From: a bacterium
GTDB taxonomy: Bacteria; Bacteroidota; Bacteroidia; Chitinophagales; JADIYW01
Assembly: GCA_037189845.1 (NCBI GenBank)
Contig: JBBCIS010000007.1
Coordinates: forward strand, 34,425-98,424
Direction: 5' to 3'
Length of the DNA stretch: 64,000 nt
Positions within the stretch are counted from its first letter, which is position 1. Each line of letters opens with the position of its first letter. Below are positions 1 to 10,406 of the stretch, one piece after another. The position numbers and the translations under genes are program-made. The notes beneath the pieces were generated by a model that was not told the origin of the DNA, did no database searches, and was given only the letters and a program-made list of their open reading frames with translations.

Positions 1-2
1 AG

Positions 3-719
3 CTCCTGGGTGATAAAGGAGCTCGGGAAGCAAGTATTTATGCTCAAAGCTATCGTATCATGGAATCTGTGAACAATATCGGATATATCGTTTCAGGCGT
101 GTTGTTACCATTGTTTGCTTTTCAATTGGGTAAAAAAGAAAATATCCACCAAATTCTCAAACAGGGATATAATATTATGTTCACTGTGATTATTCCGATA
201 GTCGTCGGCGGTGTTTTTTATGCAAAAGATATTATCCATACTCTGTACCCAGGAGAAGATCCGACGTACAGCGGTGAGATTTTTACCATTCTGCTGCTCA
301 ATTTTATTCCTGTAGGCTTGTTATATGTTCTGGGTCCACTATTGACTGCAAAAAGACTTTTTAGAATTATGATTCCAAGTCTGACGATTGCCAGCATTAT
401 GAATGTGGTCGTCAATCTTGTCCTAATTCCCAAATACGGTGCTTATGGTGCTGCTATTACTACTTTCGGGACACAGATTTTCATGCTGACGATATATTGG
501 CTGGCAACTTACTTTCTCTTCCAATTAAACATCAACTGGAAAACGATTGCTCGTTCGGCATCTTATATTTTATTGGCTATTGCGATGAATTACGGTATGA
601 AATCTACCAATATTTTCTGGCTGTACGGTCTCGCGATAACGGGTTTCTCTAGTTTGCTCATTTCCTTATTATTGAAAATCATCTCTAAGGAAACGTTGTC
701 GCTGAAAATTGGAGATTAA
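3..719 (+). CDS. Wzx-like oligosaccharide flippase / polysaccharide biosynthesis protein, C-terminal part (5' truncated by window)
   Basis: Frame is open from position 3. Many TM helices and the motif NLVLIPKYGAYGAAITT typical of the Polysacc_synt_C region. Confidence 0.8.
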   Translation, partial: LLGDKGAREASIYAQSYRIMESVNNIGYIVSGVLLPLFAFQLGKKENIHQILKQGYNIMFTVIIPIVVGGVFYAKDIIHTLYPGEDPTYSGEIFTILLLNFIPVGLLYVLGPLLTAKRLFRIMIPSLTIASIMNVVVNLVLIPKYGAYGAAITTFGTQIFMLTIYWLATYFLFQLNINWKTIARSASYILLAIAMNYGMKSTNIFWLYGLAITGFSSLLISLLLKIISKETLSLKIGD

Positions 720-873
720 CGATTGACGATTTTTGATTGTGGACTTTCGATTGTGCTAACGCAAGCAATTAAATACATCGGCAATATTCCATACAATCTT
801 TGAGCCGGATTATGCCCGAATCATAGTCATCATCTGAATCAAAAAAATTATAGCTCTGACTTCACAGACTAAT

Positions 874-2151
874 TTACCTTGCTATCCAGAGTGAGGGATT
901 TTGTGTAGCATTACCCTGCCAGATCTCGAAGTGCATTTCTGTTTCATTTGTTTCATCGTCGGTGTAGACCTTACCTATCACCTGCTTTGCAGATACAGAT
1001 TGGCCTTTAGATACTGACACACTTTCCAGCTTCGTATAAACTGTAAAGTAGTCTCCATGACTGATGATCACTGCATTTTTATAAATCGGATTGCTGACAA
1101 TGCTGATGACTTTCCCATCGAAAACAGCCCGGACACTCGCATTTTTTTCTGTGCGGATTTCTAATCCTTTATTTTCCATATCACCTCCCCAAACCGGATG
1201 CTTATATGGCCCGTATCCTCTGGAGATAGTGCCTCTTTCTACCGGCCACGGCAGTCTGCCTTTATTGGATGCAAAAGATGCAGAGAGCTTGGCTACCTCA
1301 GGGGTTACAGGGGCAGGTGTACTTGTTTTTCCGGAACTACTACCTGTACCCGAAGTGCTACCTTTAGATTCATTTGCTTTAGCCGCAGCTTCTTCTTTCT
1401 TCCTTCTTTCTTCTTCTAATTTTCTTTGACGCTCAATTTCTTTGGCAATGATCGCCTGAATCTGTGCATTCAATCTTTCAGCTTCTTTTTTCTTCTGTGC
1501 GAGTTGCTTATTCAGATTTCCTTCTTTGACTTTGAGCTGCTCCACTAATTTAGATTTCTGGGATTTGTTTTTAGTGAGTTCAGTTTCCTGTTTCTTTTGC
1601 TGGCTCAATAGCTTCTCCTGTGTATTCTTCTTTTGCTGTATTTGTGCAAGCTTCTTGTTGATTTCGGCCTGGGTTTTGACAATTTCGTCTACCTGCGTTT
1701 TTCTGAAGTCACCCACTTTTCGCAGATAGTTGACTCTTCTCAAAGCTTCTGAAAAAGATGATGAACTGGCAACGAATAAAAACTGGTCTGTCAACCGATA
1801 AGACTTATATGTACCGTGAATAGCTCTTGCATAGTTTTCACGAAGCTTTTTAAGATTGGTTTCCAGTACAAAAAGATTGTCGTTGGTTTCATTAATCTGT
1901 ACAGTAAACTCCTTTACTTCTTTGGAAGTATTATCAATTAATTCTTTACGCAGCTCTATTTGTTTTTCAAGATTGACAATTTCTTTCAGTGAATTGTCTC
2001 TTGTCGCCTGCGTTTGTTGTATTGCTTTCTGTGTCTGATTGATTTCAGATTCTAATTGTTTTCTTTTTTTCTCCAAAGTTTTCTGATCCTGTGCCAGCAA
2101 TGATACGGGCAGGATGAACAGCAAAATGAAGTAACTCAGAATCTTTTTCAA
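874..2151 (-). CDS. envC: Murein hydrolase activator EnvC family (coiled coil + M23/LytM domain)
   Basis: Signal peptide, long coiled coil, C-terminal LPWPV..G and MHFEIW with degenerate Zn ligands (NKGLE, YTKL). Confidence 0.85.
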   Translation of the reverse strand: MKKILSYFILLFILPVSLLAQDQKTLEKKRKQLESEINQTQKAIQQTQATRDNSLKEIVNLEKQIELRKELIDNTSKEVKEFTVQINETNDNLFVLETNLKKLRENYARAIHGTYKSYRLTDQFLFVASSSSFSEALRRVNYLRKVGDFRKTQVDEIVKTQAEINKKLAQIQQKKNTQEKLLSQQKKQETELTKNKSQKSKLVEQLKVKEGNLNKQLAQKKKEAERLNAQIQAIIAKEIERQRKLEEERRKKEEAAAKANESKGSTSGTGSSSGKTSTPAPVTPEVAKLSASFASNKGRLPWPVERGTISRGYGPYKHPVWGGDMENKGLEIRTEKNASVRAVFDGKVISIVSNPIYKNAVIISHGDYFTVYTKLESVSVSKGQSVSAKQVIGKVYTDDETNETEMHFEIWQGNATQNPSLWIAR

Positions 2152-2933
2152 TATTCTATCTTTTTATACTTGTCTGATATCTCAAACGGAAAATTCAATT
2201 CATCTAATATAGTAACTTCAGAAAATTTTGACTGCATTTCGAATACTGCACTTCCCTGAGAAATATTTATTAATCTTTCAAATGAGAAAAGACCATTACC
2301 CACTTGTCTGATGTCACCATACTTTGCAGACAAATTTCGTTGTTGTACAAGATTTTGTGCCTGATATTCTATCAACATATTGTTGATTCTATTGAAAACT
2401 GCATTTGAGGTAAATCCATTCCGGTGAATTGTACTCCATTTGAGCCACTGGTCTGAAGTGGTTACCTCTACAGGTAAAGTATCTTTTATTACCGGTAGTC
2501 CGAGCAGCAATCTTTCCATAGCAATAAAATCCAGGTCCATATTGATTTTGGAAGCTACTTTATTCATCGGAAGGCGATGATACTCGTTATTTATTCTATC
2601 CACCCACTGTACTCCACTACTATCTATCAATGTTCTGACACCTTCTATACCAAACAAGCTCATGGACATCCAGATACGTTTCCCTTTTTCCCATCTCATA
2701 ACGGTATTAAAACTCTGCACTGAGCCATTCAATACAGCAGTAGCTTTCATTTTTGCCTGAAGAAATTTGAAATCTGTCACTATAGAATCCGCAGGGGACG
2801 TAACCTGTATCATCTCCTTTTGTCCAATCACAACAGGAGTCTCGTCAAAACTAAGCTTTACTTTCTTCTTACAGGCTACGAATGTTGCTGCACAAATACA
2901 AATCAGAAAAATATTACGCTTCAGGATTTTCAT
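2148..2933 (-). CDS. DUF4292-like lipoprotein
   Basis: Lipobox FVAC, motif KRIWMSMSLFGIEGVR, ATGA overlap with envC (a usual Bacteroidota pairing). Confidence 0.7.
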   Translation of the reverse strand: MKILKRNIFLICICAATFVACKKKVKLSFDETPVVIGQKEMIQVTSPADSIVTDFKFLQAKMKATAVLNGSVQSFNTVMRWEKGKRIWMSMSLFGIEGVRTLIDSSGVQWVDRINNEYHRLPMNKVASKINMDLDFIAMERLLLGLPVIKDTLPVEVTTSDQWLKWSTIHRNGFTSNAVFNRINNMLIEYQAQNLVQQRNLSAKYGDIRQVGNGLFSFERLINISQGSAVFEMQSKFSEVTILDELNFPFEISDKYKKIEY

Positions 2934-3153
2934 ATTGCTCAAAATTAAACAAATAAAACTTCCTGAATTCTTAAGTTAAAAATCATACCAAAGTAATCCC
3001 GAAAGTGATTGGAATATGCTTTAGCTGCAAGTGTACTACATCACTAAAAATACTTGTAATCAATATTCTATATAATTTCTTACATTTACCGACAGAGGAA
3101 AATCATATAACTCAACGTTCATTTTATTTTCTAATTTTTATATAAAAACTTAC

Positions 3154-4101
3154 ATGAGCATAGTAAAAGTCATTAACCTACAAGATTATCTTTCTGAAGA
3201 TCCGGCTAAAAAAGCAGCTTTCGTCCAGGCATTAGGCAAGGCTTATGAGACAATTGGTTTCGTAGCAGTAGAAGGTCATGGTATTACTGATGAAACCATC
3301 TCTAAATTCTATGAATTGGTAGAAAAGTTTTTTGCTTTGCCTACAGATTTAAAAGTAAAATACGAAGTTCCTGAGCTGGCCGGTCAACGTGGTTATACTT
3401 CTTTCGGCAGAGAGAAAGCAAAACAAAGTGAGGTACCTGATTTAAAAGAATTCTGGCAAATAGGTCAATACGTAGAAGATGAAGTCATGCCTGCTGAAGA
3501 TTATCCTGACAATATGGATGTCACAGAGCTGGAAGGCTTCAATGCTGTAGGAAAAGATTTGTATAAAAGCTTTGAAAGAGCCGGAGCACATCTTTTAAGA
3601 GCTATTGCCAATTATCTGGATATAGATGAAAACTATTTTGCACCCAAAATCAAAAATGGCAACAGCATTCTGAGAGCCATTCATTATCCACCGATCCTCA
3701 ATGAACCCAAATCAGCCATTCGTGCTGAACAACATGAAGATATCAACCTGATTACATTATTGGTAGGAGCTTCTGCTGATGGTCTTCAACTCCTGACCAG
3801 AGAAGGTCAATGGGTAGATGTGAAAGCAGGGCCTGGCCAGATTGTAGTCAATGTGGGCGATATGCTTCAAAGATTAACAAATAATGTATTGAGATCTACT
3901 ACTCACAGGGTAGTGAATCCTCCACGTGAGCTATGGCATACACACAGATATTCCATTCCCTTCTTCCTACATCCGAGAAGTGAAATGCCTTTGGATTGCC
4001 TGGAAAATTGCATTTCTGAAAATAATCCTATTGCTTACGAACCTATTACCGCAGGCGAATATCTTGACGAAAGATTGAGAGAAATAGGATTGAAAAAATA
4101 A
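3154..4101 (+). CDS. Isopenicillin N synthase-family 2OG-Fe(II) dioxygenase
   Basis: Facial triad HEDI...STTHRV plus RYS, and NVGDMLQRLTN. Confidence 0.9.
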   Translation: MSIVKVINLQDYLSEDPAKKAAFVQALGKAYETIGFVAVEGHGITDETISKFYELVEKFFALPTDLKVKYEVPELAGQRGYTSFGREKAKQSEVPDLKEFWQIGQYVEDEVMPAEDYPDNMDVTELEGFNAVGKDLYKSFERAGAHLLRAIANYLDIDENYFAPKIKNGNSILRAIHYPPILNEPKSAIRAEQHEDINLITLLVGASADGLQLLTREGQWVDVKAGPGQIVVNVGDMLQRLTNNVLRSTTHRVVNPPRELWHTHRYSIPFFLHPRSEMPLDCLENCISENNPIAYEPITAGEYLDERLREIGLKK

Positions 4102-4126
4102 ATTTTCAGGTCCATCCGAAGATAAT

Positions 4127-4190
4127 AGGGTGAGTGATAATTTTCTTCTGACAAGTATTTGTTAGAAATATTATTTCTCACCCTGTTTTT
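4127..4190. terminator. Long imperfect hairpin between convergent genes
   Basis: AGGGTGAG...CTCACCCT followed by a T-run. Confidence 0.6.
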
Positions 4191-4237
4191 ATGCACCGGA
4201 AATGTAACTGACTATCAGATGATTCATTTCTAAAGGA

Positions 4238-4963
4238 TTATATCTCTATCAATCCATCTGCTTGGACCCAACCTTGCTTGTTACGCTCAGTGATGACTTC
4301 TGACCAACCGTTTCCTGATTGGAGAACTTCTACTTTCTGACCGGCAAAGATGTCATAGACTTCTGTAGAAAATTTTGCAGGATCTTTGTACATGATCATC
4401 TCACCCTGTGCGATGGCAAAAGTTTTCAGGTGTTTGTTTTGATATACCAGTGCGCTCTGTATAGAAATATAAGCTGTGCAAATTCCAATTACAAGCAATC
4501 CTATATATAATTTCTTCCGTTGTGCAGGTCTGGCCAGCAACAATATATATGCGATCAACAATATTGCTATCCATACAATGATTATATTGATGATGTAGAG
4601 ATATTGTTCATCTATTCCGGACCAGAAAGAGATTTCCTGAATATCTGTAACGCCCGATTGTTTGCGCGCATAGGCTAGATTATTCTGAATTTCGGTATCA
4701 CCCGGACGGCTCCTTAAAGCTTTCTCGTAGTATGCAATTGCTCTTTCCGGCTGATCTGTTTGTAAACAGGTGTTCGCAAAATTGTAATACAAATTCGGAG
4801 AGGTATATCCTTCACGAATCAATCCGTCATAGATATGATATGCTTTTTTATAATCTCTCTGTATGTAATGTTGTTGAGCAACTGTAAACAATGAATCCTG
4901 TTCAGTAGCATTTACCAATGATACTGACATCACAACCAGCAATATGCTTAAAATTCTTTTCAT
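4238..4963 (-). CDS. batE: BatE (TPR + SH3-like domain)
   Basis: TPR (YYNFAN...AIAYYEKAL), TM pair, C-terminal GWV SH3-like domain. Last gene of the bat operon, with ATGA overlap. Confidence 0.8.
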   Translation of the reverse strand: MKRILSILLVVMSVSLVNATEQDSLFTVAQQHYIQRDYKKAYHIYDGLIREGYTSPNLYYNFANTCLQTDQPERAIAYYEKALRSRPGDTEIQNNLAYARKQSGVTDIQEISFWSGIDEQYLYIINIIIVWIAILLIAYILLLARPAQRKKLYIGLLVIGICTAYISIQSALVYQNKHLKTFAIAQGEMIMYKDPAKFSTEVYDIFAGQKVEVLQSGNGWSEVITERNKQGWVQADGLIEI

Positions 4964-6687
4964 GATGGTTGTGATTGCAGGATTCGTGAACAAGCATCTT
5001 CTGCGAGATTTTTGAGCTCCTTAGAAGTGGATTGCATAGGCGAATATGCAGCCCTGTCACAGGAAAGCAAAACAAAGGCTATTTTTTGCTGTAAGGTTGG
5101 ATCTTCTATTTTTTGAAGAATATCTGCATCTGATGTGGCTGTTATCTTTAGATCCTGCTGTAGCTTGGTTCTCAAAGCCTGTGCCAGCACTGAGTACTTT
5201 TTCTGTTCAGGGAATTGATCCAGATCCGGCCACTGGAAACCAGCTAAAGATCTATCAGGTATTAATTCTGATTTTTTTCGTCTCCAGACCAATAATCCTA
5301 TAAATGCCATGAACGGAAATCCTGACGCTAATGCAATCGTTACCGGCAAAGCTGAGCTTTTATTTTCTGCTGTCAATCCGCTTTTTAACTCTGCCTGAAA
5401 ATGCTTTCCTTTAGAGATCTCCTGTTCATTGCCTGCCTGGGCAGGGGAAACACTTAAAGCAATTTCCGGCAATTCCTTTGTGATATAGTTTTTTTCATGT
5501 GGGTCAAAATACACAAACTCGTATGGCGGAATAATAATGTTACCTGTTTTCTGTGGCACTACTGCATAGTTAAATGTGCGTATTCCCCCATAGCTTTCAC
5601 CATTTTTCTTAGGGTTGTCGATGATCTCAGGTTCAAATCCTTCTACAGAACTTCCCAAATCTACTTTCAGCGGGGAAATTGCTTTCAGATTACCCCAGCC
5701 ACGTATATCTACACTCATGGTAGCAGATTGTCCCTGTGCAATATTACTGGATGAAACTGTTCTGCTTGCATCAAACTGTCCTACTGCACCCGAAAAGTTT
5801 TCCGGCTGATTTTCAACGGGCAGTGGTATCACTTCTACCTGTAATGAATTAGATGAAATGACAGCCATCTTAGGTGTTGTCGTCTGAAATAAGGTAGTTC
5901 CGAAAAAAGGATCTTTATCCGGAATCAGGATCACGCCTCTGGCAATCAATGGATCTATTGTCTGCTTACCTGCCTGTGCTGCAAATAATGCGACTTTCCT
6001 GAATGCCTGATAATAAAATCTTTGTCCGCGATACTCCATCACACCTTCTGCCTGATGGTTGGGAATTTCCATTTCTTCTGAAAGAAATCCCTTAAAAACC
6101 GGCAGCTTTTCGACCTCCATAGTTTGAAAATCCAGTCTACGCAGCAGCTTATAGGTAATTGTTACCTGCTCACCCACATATATTTTTTTCTTATCAGCTT
6201 CCGCCAGCAAAAGGATATTGTCTTTCCAGTTTTCAGTAGGAGGATCTATCCTTTGAGAAGATTGAGGGGCTGTCTGTCCGTAGGAATTTTGCCCCTGATT
6301 CTGAGAGCGGGGTTGATTGCCGTTATTCAGCACTTCTATTGAAAAAGGAGATGAAGCGACCTTTTTACCGTTAACAACTGCCCTGGCCGGAGCTATTTCA
6401 AAAGTACCTGCTGACAACGGAACTATAGTAATATTGTAAGTGATACTTTTAGAAACCTTACCATTGATAATGGAAACATTTGTTGACTGACCGGATTGAT
6501 ACACTTTAAATCCCTTAAAATCAGGAAGACTGAAATCATCCACGCTTCCATCAATCGTATAGGAGATCAAAACAGATTCTCCCACGCTTACCTGATCAGC
6601 ACTTACCTGTATAGATATGCTCTGAGCCGATATGGCAGTGCTGAAAAGCAAAAATGCTATAAAAAATATGATTCTACACCCTTTCAT
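4960..6687 (-). CDS. batD: BatD family protein
   Basis: SQSTNVSIING-like and FSGAVGQF motifs, C-terminal TM, bat operon context. Confidence 0.85.
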   Translation of the reverse strand: MKGCRIIFFIAFLLFSTAISAQSISIQVSADQVSVGESVLISYTIDGSVDDFSLPDFKGFKVYQSGQSTNVSIINGKVSKSITYNITIVPLSAGTFEIAPARAVVNGKKVASSPFSIEVLNNGNQPRSQNQGQNSYGQTAPQSSQRIDPPTENWKDNILLLAEADKKKIYVGEQVTITYKLLRRLDFQTMEVEKLPVFKGFLSEEMEIPNHQAEGVMEYRGQRFYYQAFRKVALFAAQAGKQTIDPLIARGVILIPDKDPFFGTTLFQTTTPKMAVISSNSLQVEVIPLPVENQPENFSGAVGQFDASRTVSSSNIAQGQSATMSVDIRGWGNLKAISPLKVDLGSSVEGFEPEIIDNPKKNGESYGGIRTFNYAVVPQKTGNIIIPPYEFVYFDPHEKNYITKELPEIALSVSPAQAGNEQEISKGKHFQAELKSGLTAENKSSALPVTIALASGFPFMAFIGLLVWRRKKSELIPDRSLAGFQWPDLDQFPEQKKYSVLAQALRTKLQQDLKITATSDADILQKIEDPTLQQKIAFVLLSCDRAAYSPMQSTSKELKNLAEDACSRILQSQPS

Positions 6688-8486
6688 TACCAATCCTTTT
6701 CTATATATGGTTGACCTGACTGTTCACCCTGTTTTGTCATAATGCGCTTCTGTACTGCTTTTTCCTGCTGGTCCAGTGCCTGGAACAGCCGCTGTACGTC
6801 CTGCGGTGATAATTTTCCTTGCTGTGGCTGCTGTTTCTGAGGCCCATTATCTTTTCCTGTATCTTTTTTATCATCCTGCTTAGGTTCTTCCTTATCTTCA
6901 GGCTGATCCTTTTGATCATCTTTATCTTTTCCGTTCTGGTCTTTTTTCTGGTCAGAATTTTCTTTTTGATCGTCTTTATTTTCCTGATCCTGATTTTTTT
7001 CGTCTTTGTTCTCCTGGTTCTTGTCCTGATCTTTATTCTGTTTTTCGTCCTGATCCTGCGGCGGTAAAAGTGCCAATGTCAGGCTGAGATTGTATTGTGT
7101 TCTGTAGTTGCCCTGTTGATATCTCAAAGAGTTTTTGAAAGCATCGGCTGCACTTTTAAAATCTCCCCGATAAAAGAAGATACAACCTTTATTGAATAAT
7201 GTTCGTGCGGCAGTCAATGTATCCGGTTGCTTTTGCAATGCCTGATCATATAAAGCCAAAGCACTATCCGCATTCAGAAGCGCATGAAATCCGGTTGCTG
7301 CATTATAGCTGCTTTCAGCCGAACTGTCTTTAGTCATAATTTCCTGATAAGTTTTTAGTGACCCTGCAAAATCTGCTTTCTGATAGGACTCGTAAGCTTT
7401 ATATTTTTCATCTTTGGAAACACATGAAGCTAAAAATCCCATAAAGCATACCAATAACAGCAACGGTACTATTCTTTTCTTTCCTCTGAAGCTCAGAATA
7501 TGTACTCCTGCCAATTCCAACATCAGCAATAGTATCGCCGGGAATAAAAACCATTGGAAATAATTCTTGTATCGTGTATAGATTTTTTCCTCTCCGGTAG
7601 ATCCGGCTGCCCATTTGATACTTCTCTGAATTTCTTTTAAGGCTTTTTTATCATCTGAAATATTGAAATATTTACCTCCACCTGCGGATGCTATTTCTTT
7701 CAGTACATCTTCATTGAGCCTGGAAAGTATCTGATTTCCTGAATTGTCTCTCTTATAGCTGACACCTCCGGCTCTTGATTTTTCCGGAATTGGTGCTCCC
7801 TTCGTTGTTCCTGCTCCAATAGTATGAATGATCATTTTATTAGAAGCGGCCTGTTTTGCTATCGAAACAGCTTTGCTGTCATGATCCTCGCCATCAGATA
7901 AAAGAATCAACACTTTTTCCTGCTGATCATCGGCGGTCTGCATAGATTCTGCTACAGCAATAGCTTCACCCAAAGCTGTACCCTGAGTAGGAATCACATC
8001 TGTATTCACGGATCTTAAATGCATTTCAAAAGCACCGTAATCTGTAGTAAATGGCATCTGAATGTATGCTCTGCCTGCAAAAATGATAAACGCCACTCTG
8101 TCGCCGCCAAATTTACTCACCAGATTTGTCAAGAATTTTTTGCTTCTCTCCAACCTGTCGGGTGCAATATCTTTTGCCAGCATGCTATTGGACAAATCCA
8201 GAGCGATGACCACATTACTACCTTTATTGGTAACAGATTCTTCCTCGGTACCTGATTGAAGATTCGCCATTGCAAGAATCAATAAGGTAATGGCAGCAAA
8301 CCATACAGATCTTTTGACCAAAGTCTGCTGGGGTGATTCAGACTGTATGAGCGAGCGGATTTTTTCAGGATTACCTAATGAGCTGAGCTTTTTTGTCCGC
8401 TTTTGAGTGAGAGAATAAATCGCCATTACGGCTATCGGAATGATCAGCCACCACCACAACGCTGCAATATGTTCTAAACGCCACAT
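6687..8486 (-). CDS. batB: BatB (VWA) - BatC (TPR, Q/D/K-rich) fusion
   Basis: DLSNSMLAKDIAPDRL MIDAS and LSDGEDH, then TPRs, a charged low-complexity tract and the C-terminal EKDW typical of BatC. Confidence 0.85.
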   Translation of the reverse strand: MWRLEHIAALWWWLIIPIAVMAIYSLTQKRTKKLSSLGNPEKIRSLIQSESPQQTLVKRSVWFAAITLLILAMANLQSGTEEESVTNKGSNVVIALDLSNSMLAKDIAPDRLERSKKFLTNLVSKFGGDRVAFIIFAGRAYIQMPFTTDYGAFEMHLRSVNTDVIPTQGTALGEAIAVAESMQTADDQQEKVLILLSDGEDHDSKAVSIAKQAASNKMIIHTIGAGTTKGAPIPEKSRAGGVSYKRDNSGNQILSRLNEDVLKEIASAGGGKYFNISDDKKALKEIQRSIKWAAGSTGEEKIYTRYKNYFQWFLFPAILLLMLELAGVHILSFRGKKRIVPLLLLVCFMGFLASCVSKDEKYKAYESYQKADFAGSLKTYQEIMTKDSSAESSYNAATGFHALLNADSALALYDQALQKQPDTLTAARTLFNKGCIFFYRGDFKSAADAFKNSLRYQQGNYRTQYNLSLTLALLPPQDQDEKQNKDQDKNQENKDEKNQDQENKDDQKENSDQKKDQNGKDKDDQKDQPEDKEEPKQDDKKDTGKDNGPQKQQPQQGKLSPQDVQRLFQALDQQEKAVQKRIMTKQGEQSGQPYIEKDW

Positions 8487-8487
8487 A

Positions 8488-9486
8488 TCAGATATTTTGT
8501 TTTAGGTAAATGGCTTTGACGATCCATTCTATTAATAAGAAGAGCAGACCTATGACCAGTAACGGGAAAAATAATTCTTCTTTCGGAGTGTATGCGCTAA
8601 CCTGGATCCTGGATTTCTCCAGCTGATCTATTTTCTGATAAATTTCTTCCAGCTCTTTATTGTTCTCAGCACGATAATATTCGCCACCTGTTCCTTTGGA
8701 AATAACTTTCAGGAGTTCTTCATCAATCTGAACTTCCATATCCCTGTACACTGTTCTTCCTGTAAAAGGATCCGGTACCGGATATGGGGCAGTACCATTT
8801 TTACCGATACCAATCGTGTATGTCCGGATATTTTCAGCTACTGCCATTTCCATAGCAGTCTGAGGATCAATATAACCGGTATTGTTTACGCCATCTGTCA
8901 TCAGAATGATGACCTTAGAGCGTGCTTCGCTGTTTTTCAGTCTGTTCACAGCAGTTGCCAGGCCCATTCCGATCGCGGTACCATCTTCTAACACATTGAT
9001 CTGAATATTGGACAAGAGAGCATTTAAAACTCTATGATCTGTGGTCAATGGGCATTGCGTAAAGCTTTCTCCGGCAAAAATCACCAGGCCGATTCTGTCA
9101 TTGGGTCTTTTTGCAATGAAATCTTTGGCAACTTTGATCGCAGCCTGTAAACGATCAGGCTTGAAATCCTGCGCCATCATACTTCCTGAAATGTCCAGTG
9201 AAAGCATGATATCTATTCCTTCAATGCTCAAAGGGGAGCTGCCGATAGGCTTTTGCGGACGTGCCAGCGCCACTATCAGCAATACTAAAGCCAGCATTCT
9301 GAAAATAACAGGAAGATGTCTCAGCTTCACTCTTCCGCTTTGCGGCGGTGCTGATGTAGTTCCCAGTGAGGGAACTTTCATCTTTCTGACCACCTTGTTT
9401 TCTGTTTTCTTATAGTGTCGCCATAAAAACGGGAGCAATATCAGCAACAGCAAAAACCAGGGATGTGCCAATGTGATATTACCCAT
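8488..9486 (-). CDS. batA: BatA VWA protein
   Basis: ALARPQ, DISGSMMAQDFKPDRL, GTAIGMGLATA, LMTDGVNN. Confidence 0.92.
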   Translation of the reverse strand: MGNITLAHPWFLLLLILLPFLWRHYKKTENKVVRKMKVPSLGTTSAPPQSGRVKLRHLPVIFRMLALVLLIVALARPQKPIGSSPLSIEGIDIMLSLDISGSMMAQDFKPDRLQAAIKVAKDFIAKRPNDRIGLVIFAGESFTQCPLTTDHRVLNALLSNIQINVLEDGTAIGMGLATAVNRLKNSEARSKVIILMTDGVNNTGYIDPQTAMEMAVAENIRTYTIGIGKNGTAPYPVPDPFTGRTVYRDMEVQIDEELLKVISKGTGGEYYRAENNKELEEIYQKIDQLEKSRIQVSAYTPKEELFFPLLVIGLLFLLIEWIVKAIYLKQNI

Positions 9487-10405
9487 TTTCGACCTCCTCT
9501 TTTACGACTGTCATTTTATTTCCCGGTTGGAAACGAATGATTTCTCTGGCAATTTCTATTGCTTGCTTTTGTTCTTCCTCATTAGAAGTTTTTTTAGCAA
9601 ATTTAATCTGGTCACTGATTTCCAGTACTTGTGCAACAGCATCTATCTGCGAAGAATAGGCCTGCTTGCCTGCAATTGCACTTAAAACTTCTCCGGTAGA
9701 AAAATAAGGAGCAGGGACATCCCACACTCTTTCCATGTATAATCTTACAATATCAGTAAACTGGCTCCAGCTGTCTTTTTGCTTCGCATAAGGGATTTGC
9801 TGCTCCAGAATATCCAATTGCTGCAAAGCCCATTCTCTCGGATCAACATTGATAGGTATAGATAATTTTTTACGGTGTTTTCTCCATTGAAGAAATGCAA
9901 AAAATCCTCCCAGTATGATCACAGCTACAATTATCCATATGAATACATTCCATTCTGCTGCAGCTGCCACCGGTAGAGGTCCATATGCCGCCCGCAATGC
10001 ATCTGTCGTATCTACAGGAATTCGCCCTACCTGAAAAGAACTTCCCTGAATGCTTAATACTTCACCTTTTCCATTATCTGTATATGGGATTTGTATAATT
10101 CCTGTTTCTCCGGAAACACTGTCAAAGGCAATGTAGGAGTATCTTTTTTTATAAATTTTGGATTGTACTTTATCTATTTCTTCCAATGAAGATGGACTGC
10201 CAAAGGCTTCCAGTCCTTTGATGGCTGGTGCATTTTCCGGCAGCTCAATCTTTACTGATTTGGGCGCAATGACCTCTATTTCCAGATAAATCTTTTCTCC
10301 CAGATATAAATTCTTTCCATAAAAAACTGCTGTCCCCTGAATAGAATCATTGGCGAACAATACTAATGGAAAAATGAACAGAATAAGGAACGCTATCTTT
10401 TTCAT
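9479..10405 (-). CDS. Bat-operon membrane-anchored hypothetical protein
   Basis: Signal peptide MKKIAF, one TM, DQIKFAK motif. Lies between DUF58 and batA. Confidence 0.7.
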   Translation of the reverse strand: MKKIAFLILFIFPLVLFANDSIQGTAVFYGKNLYLGEKIYLEIEVIAPKSVKIELPENAPAIKGLEAFGSPSSLEEIDKVQSKIYKKRYSYIAFDSVSGETGIIQIPYTDNGKGEVLSIQGSSFQVGRIPVDTTDALRAAYGPLPVAAAAEWNVFIWIIVAVIILGGFFAFLQWRKHRKKLSIPINVDPREWALQQLDILEQQIPYAKQKDSWSQFTDIVRLYMERVWDVPAPYFSTGEVLSAIAGKQAYSSQIDAVAQVLEISDQIKFAKKTSNEEEQKQAIEIAREIIRFQPGNKMTVVKEEVENG

Positions 10406-10406
10406 C

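Noticed and set aside
6800-7060. Q/D/K-rich quasi-repeats
   Set aside because: Ordinary low-complexity linker of BatC.
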